Positions 36,896 to 46,337 of a stretch of DNA of 64,000 nt are shown piece after piece. Each line of letters opens with the position of its first letter. Positions within the stretch are counted from its first letter, which is position 1. The position numbers and the translations under genes were made by a program. The DNA is taken from the sequence record NC_048792.1. One strand, given 5' to 3'. The notes beneath the pieces were generated by a model. The model had not been told where the DNA came from. It saw nothing but the letters and a program-made list of their open reading frames with translations, and did no database searches.

Positions 36896-38554
36896 ATGGA
36901 ACAGATTCAAAACGCAGGTACTGAACACGAAGCTGGTAAATCTCATTTCGACTTCGATCTGTTGGTTGAAGTAGTTAAAGAAAACATCAAACGCAATAGC
37001 AGTGCGCCTAACCTCCGTTTCGGCGAAAGCTCGTTCTTCCCACTCTTCCGCGTCAACGTGGCGCACGCTAACTCGAGCAAATCTCTGTACGACATTTACC
37101 TGGACTCCTTCGGTGAACAGGATCGCAAAGAGCTGACCTGCCGGACCTGTAAGCGTTGGTTGGAAGCTAACGGCAATCTCGTTACCATCGGTGCCGGCGG
37201 AGAAGTTTCCTCTGTCGCTTTTAATACCGAGACTGGTAAGTTGGCCGAACTGCCAGTGGAAGTCTCTAACCTGCTTCTGAAGCTCCAGAGTGCAGTTGAG
37301 CGTTCTCCAGTTAACGGCTACCGTACACTGAGCCGCGGTAGCGATACTGCGGTACCTAACGATGGTCAGTGGCTGCACTTCCACGGTACGCTCGGTTCTA
37401 TTCCGCTGAACCCGGTTAAAGTCAACTACGCAGGTGAAGAAAACGCAGCTGCTGAGAAAGTATCAGTAATGCGTAATGCGTTGAACCGTTGGTCTCTGGA
37501 TATTCTGTCTCATGCAAAAGCTCTGGCTACCTACGGTGCTCTGCGCAATCACCGCCATCGTAACCGCATCAAGCAGTACGTCGATAACGCTAAGCTGTAC
37601 CATGCGATTAAAGACAGCCGTAATCGTGATGCACTGGTTTGGCTGTGGGCTAATACCCTGACTCCAGATCAGACTAACGTGGTCGGTACATCCTTGGGCA
37701 TGTTGTTCGACGCCCTGGTGGAAGGTGGTGAGGATCTGGCACTGACTCGTTATATCCGTGAAACTGACGGTGTTAACTACCAGCGTCCGACTGAAGAGCC
37801 TACAGTACGTGAGCTCGACGAGGCACAAGAGCTGGTGTCCAAGAACGGTTGGGATCGTTCGTTCCACCGTACCGCAGCTAAGCTGGAAGACATCCAGTAC
37901 CTGTTCTGGGTACCGGGTGAAACTAAGCAGGAAGAAGTTCGCCAGGGTGTATTCAGCCAGGTGAAAGCCAAGGATGCTCAACCTGAGAAATCAGCAGTTG
38001 AAGGTGGCCGTATCTCGGTTCTGGACTTCATGTCTAAAATCGTACCTAACGCTACTTCTATCCAGTTCAAGTTCAATCCTCGCGGCGTGTTTAACTTCCT
38101 GTTCTACACGAAAGCTGAATTCGCCGATGCACCTCCTATCCTGAAGTGGGATCGCGAAGACCGCCGTAATACCGTTTCCGGTTACCAGTATAGCCAGTCA
38201 ATCTATCCTGAGTATGTCGGTATCGATTCTCCTCGTGTCGATGTCATTGGGATTACGGTTCCGCCTGAAACCTGGGCTAACCCAGAGATGGAGTACGGTA
38301 CACTGAAGGACCCAGTGTTCTTGCTTAAAGGCGCGTACGATATCCGTAACAGCCAGAGCGCTTTGTTCCCTGAGAACATGCGTCATGAGCTGCACGGTTC
38401 CCGTCGCGTTATTGAAGCGTTCTCTTCCAGCACACCACTGGCTGATAAAGTCGGCGTAACAGGTATTACTCCGATCAACTTCCCGCAGCTGACCGCGGAA
38501 GTCGTTACTAAAGACGGCGAGAAAGTGAACTACTCGTTTATCGGTAATCACTAA
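36896..38554 (+). CDS. Large conserved hypothetical protein (552 aa) with CxxC
   Basis: LYDIYLDSF...TCRTCKRW; YQRP; WDREDRRN; SALFPENMRHELHGSRRVIEAFS; strong codon bias. Confidence 0.9.
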   Translation: MEQIQNAGTEHEAGKSHFDFDLLVEVVKENIKRNSSAPNLRFGESSFFPLFRVNVAHANSSKSLYDIYLDSFGEQDRKELTCRTCKRWLEANGNLVTIGAGGEVSSVAFNTETGKLAELPVEVSNLLLKLQSAVERSPVNGYRTLSRGSDTAVPNDGQWLHFHGTLGSIPLNPVKVNYAGEENAAAEKVSVMRNALNRWSLDILSHAKALATYGALRNHRHRNRIKQYVDNAKLYHAIKDSRNRDALVWLWANTLTPDQTNVVGTSLGMLFDALVEGGEDLALTRYIRETDGVNYQRPTEEPTVRELDEAQELVSKNGWDRSFHRTAAKLEDIQYLFWVPGETKQEEVRQGVFSQVKAKDAQPEKSAVEGGRISVLDFMSKIVPNATSIQFKFNPRGVFNFLFYTKAEFADAPPILKWDREDRRNTVSGYQYSQSIYPEYVGIDSPRVDVIGITVPPETWANPEMEYGTLKDPVFLLKGAYDIRNSQSALFPENMRHELHGSRRVIEAFSSSTPLADKVGVTGITPINFPQLTAEVVTKDGEKVNYSFIGNH

Positions 38555-38568
38555 TCGTTGTTCATATC

Positions 38569-38587
38569 GGCGGGGATTTTCCCCGCC
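38569..38587 (+). terminator. Intrinsic terminator
   Basis: GGCGGGGA-TTT-TCCCCGCC-TTTATTTTTT. Confidence 0.85.
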
Positions 38588-38622
38588 TTTATTTTTTGTT
38601 TGAATCTAAACTTTTTTGAAGC

Positions 38623-38641
38623 CTATATTACTTTATTGAGG
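38623..38641 (+). promoter_or_regulatory. Early promoter motif
   Basis: CTATAT-TAC-TTTAT-TGAGG. Confidence 0.7.
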
Positions 38642-38671
38642 ATAGAATTCCAATTTAGCGGAGAAACTTTT

Positions 38672-39226
38672 ATGGAGTATCAAGTATATCGAGGCTTAGT
38701 TCGTAAAGCACCTATCACTGAATCAGTTCATCCATCCATCACCTTTGCGGGTAATAAAGCAACGGCTGAGTATTACGCCCACAATCCAAACAACACTGAC
38801 CTGAAGGGTAATTGCCCTACGGTCTACTCGGCGACGATTGAGATCAATAATCCTTTCATTGTCGATAAGGATTACTCCGGCATCGAGTTCAAACAACTCC
38901 TTCGTGTTATGAGTAAGGTCGAGGTTTATAAGCTGATCTTAGAACACGAAGAATATGTCAAAGGGACTTACCTTTATCAGGAGTTCGTAAGGGAAGGCGC
39001 GTTGAGTAGTAACTACGTTCTGGAGTGTATCGGGAGAAACCCGTCTCTTCTGGAAGTGGCTTTACCTGCGTATGTATTCCTGGATAATCCTGATATCGTC
39101 GCGAGACTTATTCGTTCAGGTTTTGACGGATCGATTCATCGCGGTACGGGTGTCTCTATGGATGACGTCGAATATCGGATCTGGCTGAGTCACTCCCAGA
39201 TAAAGAAACATTGTTGCTGTAATTAG
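38672..39226 (+). CDS. ADP-ribosyltransferase-fold protein (ART-PolyVal-like)
   Basis: ATG after GGAGA; VYRG...PSITF...AEYYA...VY...I...P...GFDGSI...VEY...SQIK gives an R-S-E type triad. Confidence 0.6.
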   Translation: MEYQVYRGLVRKAPITESVHPSITFAGNKATAEYYAHNPNNTDLKGNCPTVYSATIEINNPFIVDKDYSGIEFKQLLRVMSKVEVYKLILEHEEYVKGTYLYQEFVREGALSSNYVLECIGRNPSLLEVALPAYVFLDNPDIVARLIRSGFDGSIHRGTGVSMDDVEYRIWLSHSQIKKHCCCN

Positions 39227-39234
39227 GAGGGGTT

Positions 39235-39624
39235 ATGAAACCTATTGAACCTGGTTGTATGGCGGTTATAATTTCCCAGACTAAAGAAGAAGGTCGTAAC
39301 GAAGTCGGTAAGGTAGTAAGAGTAGTTGGGCTTGTTCCCGATGGGGAAAGTCTCTATTCTCTGGAAGGGGTGACTACCTGTACTGGGGAGTCGATTAAAT
39401 CAACTGGGGCATTCATACCGGATGTTAGAAGTTGGGTAGTTCTTGGTGACATCGTGGTCGCTAAACTTACCACGGATAAGTACGGTACCATCTATGCTAA
39501 AGGTGAAATCACAATCGGTGGTTTTACCGGTAACGGGATGGTTGCAGAACATCGTTTAATGCGTATCGATGGTTTTGAGGACGAAGACAAAACCAAAGAA
39601 AAAGATTTACTGCTTACGGAGTAG
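39235..39624 (+). CDS. Hypothetical protein (MKPIEPGCMAVI...VRV...L.RID family)
   Basis: SD AGGAGG. Confidence 0.75.
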   Translation: MKPIEPGCMAVIISQTKEEGRNEVGKVVRVVGLVPDGESLYSLEGVTTCTGESIKSTGAFIPDVRSWVVLGDIVVAKLTTDKYGTIYAKGEITIGGFTGNGMVAEHRLMRIDGFEDEDKTKEKDLLLTE

Positions 39625-39630
39625 AAAAAC

Positions 39631-40071
39631 ATGTACCTCCCAATTACTTTTGACCTGCTGCGAGAGAAATCAACGGGAACGATCGTTGAAGTAACATCTT
39701 CTGATGCGGAACAGTCTACTATCAGTTTTGTTCCAGTGATCGATAAAGAAGGTAATGTCATTACATCCGGCGTTACCGATATCCTCTCTCTGGAAGAGAT
39801 GGTTAAGCAGTTCGAACTACTGGAGAACCTGTCTTACTTCAACGTGCGTGAAGAAGGTCAGATGGACTTTGGTAGCATGGTAGTCGTTAAGGATAACGAT
39901 GAAGTTAACAAGCTGATGCTTGCCTACTACGAATACATGGATCAACCGATGATGCTCCAGTATCTCGAGATCGATGTAGAGTGGCCGGCATTGGCTGTAG
40001 TAATGAACCAGGCTCTCTTTGTAGAGTCGGTAAACAAAGTCAGTAAACTCATTCAAACTGTTAAAGGTTAA
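39631..40071 (+). CDS. Hypothetical acidic protein
   Basis: SD GGAG. Confidence 0.75.
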   Translation: MYLPITFDLLREKSTGTIVEVTSSDAEQSTISFVPVIDKEGNVITSGVTDILSLEEMVKQFELLENLSYFNVREEGQMDFGSMVVVKDNDEVNKLMLAYYEYMDQPMMLQYLEIDVEWPALAVVMNQALFVESVNKVSKLIQTVKG

Positions 40072-40081
40072 GGAAAGTCAA

Positions 40082-40537
40082 ATGTCCGATAAAACTATTG
40101 CCCGTCGTGTCTTCATCGCTTCTTCTGATCTGGTTAACAAAATCGGCTATACGGCCTTTAACCAGGTCTTGCTGAACGCCAAACATATTCAGTGTGCATT
40201 CGGGTTACCTTACCCAGACGCAGGCTCTGCTAAGCTGGCAGAACCGTATTCCTACTCTCCGCTGCCAAACAACGGTTACGATACCGTAGAGAACCCGGTA
40301 GCTTATCTGCACGATTTCCGCCGTACTCCTTCTGGTATCTACGCACTGATCTCCCCGATGGAAGGTTGCACTAACAAAACCTTCCTGAAGGCGCTGGCAG
40401 GTACGCAGCAGACGTTCAAGTTCGTTCCACGCGTCATCCTGAAGAAAGCGAAACTCAAGTCAGTGAACAACTTCCACCTGCAGGCGACCAACCGGGACTT
40501 CCACGAGATCATTACTTTTGACATGATCTGGAAATAA
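40082..40537 (+). CDS. Hypothetical protein, possibly a degenerate prohead-protease-like fold
   Basis: SD TAAGGA; F.FVPRVI...IITFDM C-terminal pattern. Confidence 0.7.
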   Translation: MSDKTIARRVFIASSDLVNKIGYTAFNQVLLNAKHIQCAFGLPYPDAGSAKLAEPYSYSPLPNNGYDTVENPVAYLHDFRRTPSGIYALISPMEGCTNKTFLKALAGTQQTFKFVPRVILKKAKLKSVNNFHLQATNRDFHEIITFDMIWK

Positions 40538-40548
40538 CTAATCATAGC

Positions 40549-40568
40549 GGGTAGGGATTTCCCTACCC
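40549..40568 (+). terminator. Intrinsic terminator
   Basis: GGGTAGGG-ATTT-CCCTACCC-TTT. Confidence 0.75.
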
Positions 40569-40602
40569 TTTATACTCTCATTTAATTAAGTAAGGAAATG
40601 TC

Positions 40603-41055
40603 ATGAAAGGTATTAGCGATTATTTGTTATCCATGTTGATTGAAGAAGGTACCGTTACTCGTGCTGAGATTAAGGACTTTATCCGTATCATCAAAGAGCC
40701 TTCTTCTTACGCGACGATTCGCATCGTAGTTCCTAAAGACGCCGGGATTGCTTTCCTGAAAGATCATATTCAGGCTGATGAGATCAAAGCAATGAAGTTC
40801 CGTCGGGTTCGCATTGTTGATGCGCAGTGGCGGGTTGGAGAAACGTTAGTCAACTTGGGCGATAATAAGCCAGGGTTCATCTACCGTGAAGACTCCCACT
40901 CTACGTTCCACTTGGATCAAGTGGTAGGTTATCGCGACCTGGGCCTGCGGTTCTCATTTAAGACTGACACCCTTGCGAGTGGTTTTACTCGTGATGTTTT
41001 CTTCCGTCAGCCGGACTGGGTGGAATTGGAATTCGCTGGGGTATTACTGAAATGA
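40603..41055 (+). CDS. Hypothetical protein
   Basis: SD TAAGGA. Confidence 0.75.
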   Translation: MKGISDYLLSMLIEEGTVTRAEIKDFIRIIKEPSSYATIRIVVPKDAGIAFLKDHIQADEIKAMKFRRVRIVDAQWRVGETLVNLGDNKPGFIYREDSHSTFHLDQVVGYRDLGLRFSFKTDTLASGFTRDVFFRQPDWVELEFAGVLLK

Positions 41056-41555
41056 TTACAACGCTCATCACCTACCGTAAGGGCAGTGGGATGAATCAGA
41101 TACGTAAGCAACTGCCGATTAAGCACAATGCAGTTGTGTCTGAATCCACTGTCTCGATTGTCTACGCTAAATGGGCGAGTGGCGTAGAGATGACCAACCC
41201 TGATGTCGAAGTCAAGATGGAAGGTAAATTACTTTCTTTCTCCATGATCCCTCCTGTTGTCGTTGATGACAATGAAGGGATTGAGCTCTTCGTCAACGAT
41301 CGTTGGTTAGTTGATCTGAGTAAGATTACTACTGTCGATCAACCGGAGATCATCATTTTCGAGATCGAAACGGGCATTAAGTCGGCCAGTCTCTATCGTC
41401 ACCATTCGGGTAAGATCTATCAGGTTATTACTTTAAGTAACATGAAGGTAACCAAACCCGAGTACAAAGAGACGGTAACTTATCGGGATATCGAAAGCGG
41501 CACGATTTACAGTCGTCCTCTTGAAGAATTCACTAAGAGCTTTACAGCTCTCTAA
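41052..41555 (+). CDS. Protein with a C-terminal DUF1653-like domain
   Basis: YRHHSGKIYQV...VTYRD...IYSRPLEEF. Confidence 0.7.
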   Translation: MITTLITYRKGSGMNQIRKQLPIKHNAVVSESTVSIVYAKWASGVEMTNPDVEVKMEGKLLSFSMIPPVVVDDNEGIELFVNDRWLVDLSKITTVDQPEIIIFEIETGIKSASLYRHHSGKIYQVITLSNMKVTKPEYKETVTYRDIESGTIYSRPLEEFTKSFTAL

Positions 41556-41570
41556 AAAGGTAACAGGTAA

Positions 41571-42812
41571 ATGTTAGAGTCAATAATGACTGTGCTTGAG
41601 AAATTCAACCACATTGCAAAAGACAACATGTTACTTAGCGTGTTGTTTGGCGGCTCTGGGGTGATGTTGATTACAGCGGTGGTGAAGGGCTTACCATCTA
41701 AGTTGTTCAACTTCTTCTTACACCACCTCACTACGCGCATCAACATGGAGACAATCTTCAACTATACGCACTTTTCTAACTTTGAAGAGTGGTTCTCCAG
41801 TAGTAAGTGGGTTCGCTACGTCCGTTCGGTACAGCCGTCAGTAACGGGTAACGGCAAACAGTCTGCCGGGATGGGGACTCATTGGTTCTTCTATAAATGC
41901 AGGCCTGTTAAGTTCACTAAGAAGATGGTACAGAGCAATGGTCGTAATGATGGGTCAATGGATATGGAATTCCGATTCTTTACCCGTAACCATGCACTCA
42001 TCGATCAGTTCTTTGCCGAGATATCTCGCTCGCCAGATCGTAACACGCACACGTTCATTTCAGAACAAGGTGCAGGTGCCTCGGTTAAGATACCTAGTCG
42101 TGATCTCGATACAGTAGTTATCGATGCTGAGACTAAATCGAAGATCATCACTACAATTGATAACTTCAGGAAGAACCGTCAGTGGTACTACGATCGCGGT
42201 ATTCCGTATAAGTTAGTTATCCTGCTCCACGGTTTGCCGGGTACGGGTAAGACGTCATTGATCCGTAGCATCGCTGGTTATCTGAAGATGGATATCATGG
42301 TATTCGACCCACGTCGCGACCCTTACAACATCGGCGCTAATCTACGCGGATTGTGGCCGGGGTACATTGGGGTTATCGAGGACATTAACGCCAAACCAAT
42401 GTCTAAGGACTTAGCGATTGGACGGGAACCCGATCCTTTCTCTCCAGTAAACTCCCCTGCATCTAATAAGCCGCCTATCAACGAAGTGGACATGAAGTCC
42501 ATGTTGAACGCGTTAGACGGCCCGGTGCCATTGGACGATAAGATCATCTTCATTACGTCTAACCACGTAGAGGAGTTGGATCCTACCTTTATTCGTCCAG
42601 GTCGTATTGATCTTTCCATCGAGATCAAACCACTGACCTACAGGGAAGTTAATGAGTTCAGTATCCTTAATTACGGCCGTGGCATTTCTGATGATGAGTC
42701 ATACGGTACAATCACTGGTGCTGCACTTCAACAGATCATGTTGGATAACATCGGTGATTTCGATGGCTTCTACAAAACACTTAAAACAAAACTTTCCGAA
42801 GAGGTAGCGTAA
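41571..42812 (+). CDS. BCS1-like membrane-anchored AAA+ ATPase
   Basis: N-terminal TM; RDLDTVVID...WYYDRGIPYK..LLHGLPGTGKTS; IEDI; MLNALDG; TSNHVEELDPTFIRPGRID. Confidence 0.85.
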   Translation: MLESIMTVLEKFNHIAKDNMLLSVLFGGSGVMLITAVVKGLPSKLFNFFLHHLTTRINMETIFNYTHFSNFEEWFSSSKWVRYVRSVQPSVTGNGKQSAGMGTHWFFYKCRPVKFTKKMVQSNGRNDGSMDMEFRFFTRNHALIDQFFAEISRSPDRNTHTFISEQGAGASVKIPSRDLDTVVIDAETKSKIITTIDNFRKNRQWYYDRGIPYKLVILLHGLPGTGKTSLIRSIAGYLKMDIMVFDPRRDPYNIGANLRGLWPGYIGVIEDINAKPMSKDLAIGREPDPFSPVNSPASNKPPINEVDMKSMLNALDGPVPLDDKIIFITSNHVEELDPTFIRPGRIDLSIEIKPLTYREVNEFSILNYGRGISDDESYGTITGAALQQIMLDNIGDFDGFYKTLKTKLSEEVA

Positions 42813-43246
42813 TGTTTTCACCCATGTTCGAGATGATCGGTAACTTCCTCAACGGTTGTCCTCGGTCTTTCATCACTACCGATGGTTCAGTGACGCTGGA
42901 AGAGATGAAGGGGTGGTTTGGTAACGGTTACAATATCGTTGTCTTTACTCCCCCGGAAGATACTTCCAAATCACGTTCTTACCTCGCTAAGATGTTTGAG
43001 CAGGACGCCGCTGAATTAGAAAGCGAAGAAGGTGAGAAGAAGATTTACTTCTACGAGTCAGAGGAAACCGACAGCTATCTGGATATGGCTATTCTGGTTT
43101 CCACCGACGCGTTGGTTGAGTTCTCGCGTTACATTGATGTTGACGACAAGAACTTCAGTTACATCAACGCTACTATCAAAAAGTGCCGTGGTTACGAATC
43201 TTACGGTAAAGTCACGCTACAACTGCCAATGGGGTATCCGCTGTGA
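42812..43246 (+). CDS. Hypothetical acidic protein
   Basis: TAATG-coupled to the AAA gene. Confidence 0.75.
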   Translation: MFSPMFEMIGNFLNGCPRSFITTDGSVTLEEMKGWFGNGYNIVVFTPPEDTSKSRSYLAKMFEQDAAELESEEGEKKIYFYESEETDSYLDMAILVSTDALVEFSRYIDVDDKNFSYINATIKKCRGYESYGKVTLQLPMGYPL

Positions 43247-43635
43247 TCGAATACGTTATCTCAGAAACACAGATCACTGACAAGACAAAGAAACGCCTGA
43301 GTGAACAACTCGGCGAAGGTCGGGAGATTACTGCGGTTCTCTCCTTCGATCAATCTTACGTCATGGAACGTAAAGGTCCAGACTTTTCTGGTCTGTTGGT
43401 AATCACCGGGCCACTGCTGGAATACCATATCTTCCGTAAGGTCGGTATGAAGTTCGTTCATGCAGGCGCCATGAAAACTTCCATTTCAACCGTGTCACTC
43501 AGCGATGATAACTACAACGCGATGGCCGGTCTTGGAGTGGAGGATAAACTCACCGCTCTTTCCCATAAGGTCAAAGAGCTCCATCCACATATCCTCGCCT
43601 ACTTTAAGACGGAGGAAATGAAAGGAGTACTCTGA
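43243..43635 (+). CDS. Hypothetical protein
   Basis: GTGA-coupled. Confidence 0.7.
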   Translation: MIEYVISETQITDKTKKRLSEQLGEGREITAVLSFDQSYVMERKGPDFSGLLVITGPLLEYHIFRKVGMKFVHAGAMKTSISTVSLSDDNYNAMAGLGVEDKLTALSHKVKELHPHILAYFKTEEMKGVL

Positions 43636-44024
43636 TGAAGAAGTTGATCATTGGCGTTGTTGCGTTGATGCTGGCAGTTTCGTTCAGTATCTCGTTTAGC
43701 TACGCAAAAGATCCGGTCGTGTTCCGTGAAGGTTATATCTTCGAAGCCATATTCACGGGCGACGTAGTCCACGTTAAAACTTTTGACTCCGGGGTTAATT
43801 GTACTTACGATAGTCGGGTTGATAACGTAGACGAGTTCGAAGGTAAATACTACACGATGCGGTACAGTTGCTGGATCATTCCTGCCAAGTACTTTAACAG
43901 CGTTCATCTGACTTACTACTACGACTCGGACACCTTTAATCTGATCTATCGGAGAAATTCGAAAGGAGAGATCATTTACGAAGGGATTTGGGCCGCTAAG
44001 GATGTGCTCGATGTACGCCAGTAA
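43635..44024 (+). CDS. Secreted protein, C-X22-C family member 1
   Basis: Signal peptide ending SYA-K; C-TYDSRVDNVDEFEGKYYTMRYS-C. Confidence 0.75.
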   Translation: MKKLIIGVVALMLAVSFSISFSYAKDPVVFREGYIFEAIFTGDVVHVKTFDSGVNCTYDSRVDNVDEFEGKYYTMRYSCWIIPAKYFNSVHLTYYYDSDTFNLIYRRNSKGEIIYEGIWAAKDVLDVRQ

Positions 44025-44397
44025 AGCTCTCCTTGATCTGGAGGGGATACAGGTGCTACAGGTTGACAAGGAAGTCAATCTCCGTACGCTAGTGAGCTAT
44101 TACCCCGTACCTGACGCTCGGGATATTCTCCGCGCAATAGGTCACCCTTGGGTGGAAATAAAGAGCGACTATCGATCTATCTTCTACTGTACGCTACGCA
44201 AAGGCACAGACCAGAAGCGGTCGTTCATGGATTCGGCTAAGGTGAATAGTTTCTTGAGCAAAGCCAAAGCCGAGGGTAAAGGCGCATTACTCATCGTACG
44301 CGGTTCACTGGTCTATTCAGAGGCCAAGGAAGGCGTTAAGCGTAAGGTGCGAGTCTACCGCAATCAACTGGGAAATATAACGGAAGTACTATTGTGA
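44011..44397 (+). CDS. Hypothetical basic protein
   Basis: SD TAAGGA. Confidence 0.7.
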   Translation: MYASKALLDLEGIQVLQVDKEVNLRTLVSYYPVPDARDILRAIGHPWVEIKSDYRSIFYCTLRKGTDQKRSFMDSAKVNSFLSKAKAEGKGALLIVRGSLVYSEAKEGVKRKVRVYRNQLGNITEVLL

Positions 44398-44666
44398 TGA
44401 AACCTTCAAGTAAGAGTATTATCATTTCGTGGGTGGTGGCGATCATGTATATCCTTTACATCGTTGCCCTGATGGTATCGCCATTGCATTGGCTGCCGTG
44501 GATCATCGCTGTTCGAGTGATTCCTTTTATTGGTATTTGGCTCTACGATCGTTACAAGGGAAATAAAGCCCACGGGTTCTTCTCGTACGTGCTTATGCCG
44601 CAAGGTATACTGTCCATAGCGATCTTAAACTTCAAACAGGATGTCAAGTACGTCTTTGGCAAATAA
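44394..44666 (+). CDS. Small membrane protein
   Basis: Three hydrophobic segments. Confidence 0.7.
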   Translation: MMKPSSKSIIISWVVAIMYILYIVALMVSPLHWLPWIIAVRVIPFIGIWLYDRYKGNKAHGFFSYVLMPQGILSIAILNFKQDVKYVFGK

Positions 44667-44677
44667 ACACAGAGAAG

Positions 44678-44705
44678 CTCTCCTAGGGATCATTCCCTAG
44701 GAGAG
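44678..44705 (+). terminator. Hairpin/terminator
   Basis: CTCTCCTAGGGA-TCAT-TCCCTAGGAGAG. Confidence 0.7.
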
Positions 44706-44738
44706 TCCTATTATATCCATTTCCAATTTTTTTGGTGT

Positions 44739-44757
44739 CTATATAACCAGCGCGAAG
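44739..44757 (+). promoter_or_regulatory. Early promoter motif (degenerate)
   Basis: CTATAT-AAC-CAGCG-CGAAG. Confidence 0.45.
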
Positions 44758-44806
44758 GTCTATAGTAAAACCTTCTTTTCAAACGTTACAATAAAGGATT
44801 ATAAAG

Positions 44807-45325
44807 ATGTTAAGTTCCCTGAAGAAGTGGGCAAAGACCGTCGTCTTTAACTACCGGGCAGATAAAGCCTGGGGTTCGGATGATGAAACTAAAATGGAGT
44901 ATCTCGCTGCTATTAGAGCAATGGATTTTTGGAAGTTCAGAGAGATGCGTTTTTTCACAAAGATGGCCACCGAGGACTTTGTTAGGGTACATAATCTTAC
45001 CGATCCTTTAAAGATAGCTGATGGATCAATGTTGGTCCATCGCTTACTCTCCAAGTCGACATTCAGTGCGGCGCTTAAGGTGCTCGGTATACTCTCCATA
45101 TACTACACCTTCCCGGTAGAAGGGGCTGTTCTTGGTACGTGTGCATTATTAGCTCACATACGCTTCTTGTACGTAAGAGAGCTGAGATACTTAACTATCA
45201 AGATAATCCTGGAAACTGAACATAAAGAGTTGGACGGTTGCACCCGTCCAACTCTGGCTACGTGTCTTAAATCATACGTGGTTCGGATTAAACCAATTAT
45301 AAAAAGGAGGTTAGGACTTAACTAA
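44807..45325 (+). CDS. Hypothetical protein with a hydrophobic segment
   Basis: SD AAGGA. Confidence 0.7.
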   Translation: MLSSLKKWAKTVVFNYRADKAWGSDDETKMEYLAAIRAMDFWKFREMRFFTKMATEDFVRVHNLTDPLKIADGSMLVHRLLSKSTFSAALKVLGILSIYYTFPVEGAVLGTCALLAHIRFLYVRELRYLTIKIILETEHKELDGCTRPTLATCLKSYVVRIKPIIKRRLGLN

Positions 45326-45420
45326 CTCCGCTAACCGGGTCAGGTTATGATCCCTGGCTCGGTTACATACTAATTTAAAATACGTAAAAAATTACTTACT
45401 TACTTAAAAAGGAAACTATA

Positions 45421-45741
45421 ATGAAAACAATCATTACCGTACTAACTACTGTTCTTATTGCAACTGTACCTTTCCTTCCTAAAGCGGAAGCAAGCAACGT
45501 CTACCATACCGACAAAGGTGTTACATTCACCATTGATGGTAAGTTAGCAGAAATCGAACAAAACGGTAAAGTCACCAAGTGTGCTTTGGTAATCAGTAAA
45601 GATGCCACCTCTGCCTGGAAATGCAGCAACGGCAAGCAGCTCTGGATTCGTAACAAGCCGGAAAGTGAACTGATCACGTTCGCTATCTTCGATCTGAAAG
45701 ATGACTACCCGGACTTCATTGATTCGGTTCTGAAGAAATAA
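45421..45741 (+). CDS. Secreted protein, short-loop (C-X13-C) member of the family
   Basis: Signal peptide AEA-S; VTKC-ALVISKDATSAWK-C. Confidence 0.7.
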   Translation: MKTIITVLTTVLIATVPFLPKAEASNVYHTDKGVTFTIDGKLAEIEQNGKVTKCALVISKDATSAWKCSNGKQLWIRNKPESELITFAIFDLKDDYPDFIDSVLKK

Positions 45742-45751
45742 CCAAAATTAC

Positions 45752-45769
45752 GGAGGGGTTATCCCCTCC
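45752..45769 (+). terminator. Hairpin/terminator
   Basis: GGAGGGG-TTAT-CCCCTCC. Confidence 0.65.
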
Positions 45770-45815
45770 TCTAATAACTAAATACAAACACTTTAAACTT
45801 AAAAAGGAAATAACA

Positions 45816-46268
45816 ATGAACCCGATCCAACACCTCAAAAAATTCGTTAAGTCAGACGTAGAAGGTCATGCTTTCATCGCGCTATCTGATTCACCTTTCC
45901 AGACCGCAATTGTAAAATGCATTCTTGGGAACGAATTCGGTGAAGCGTTTGAATTGGCCAAGGCTAATAAAAACACGTTCAAATTCTTCGAAATAAAAGA
46001 ACAGAAATATGCCGTAGTGGTGGCCAACGAATACGACTTCGGTACCTACCTGGACTTACCTGACCAGGTGGAACAGGAAACCGAACTGGGAACTCGCGTA
46101 GTCGTCTTTGGTGAGTATGCCAAAGGCGAAATACTTGGTAACTTGTTAATCGTCGCTGGGGCTTCCTGGTACGGTTTTACAGCGCCATGGAAGCATCACA
46201 ACGATGCTCTCCATTATGTCACTTCCAGATATGCCGGTTGTGAAATGGCTCAGTGCAAAATTGCTTAA
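45816..46268 (+). CDS. Hypothetical protein
   Basis: SD AAGGA. Confidence 0.75.
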   Translation: MNPIQHLKKFVKSDVEGHAFIALSDSPFQTAIVKCILGNEFGEAFELAKANKNTFKFFEIKEQKYAVVVANEYDFGTYLDLPDQVEQETELGTRVVVFGEYAKGEILGNLLIVAGASWYGFTAPWKHHNDALHYVTSRYAGCEMAQCKIA

Positions 46269-46277
46269 CAAACTTTG

Positions 46278-46298
46278 CTAGGGGACATGTTCCCCTAG
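46278..46298 (+). terminator. Intrinsic terminator
   Basis: CTAGGGGA-CATGT-TCCCCTAG-TTTATTTT. Confidence 0.75.
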
Positions 46299-46337
46299 TT
46301 TATTTTCACTTGTCTCAAACTTAATTAGGAAAACCAA

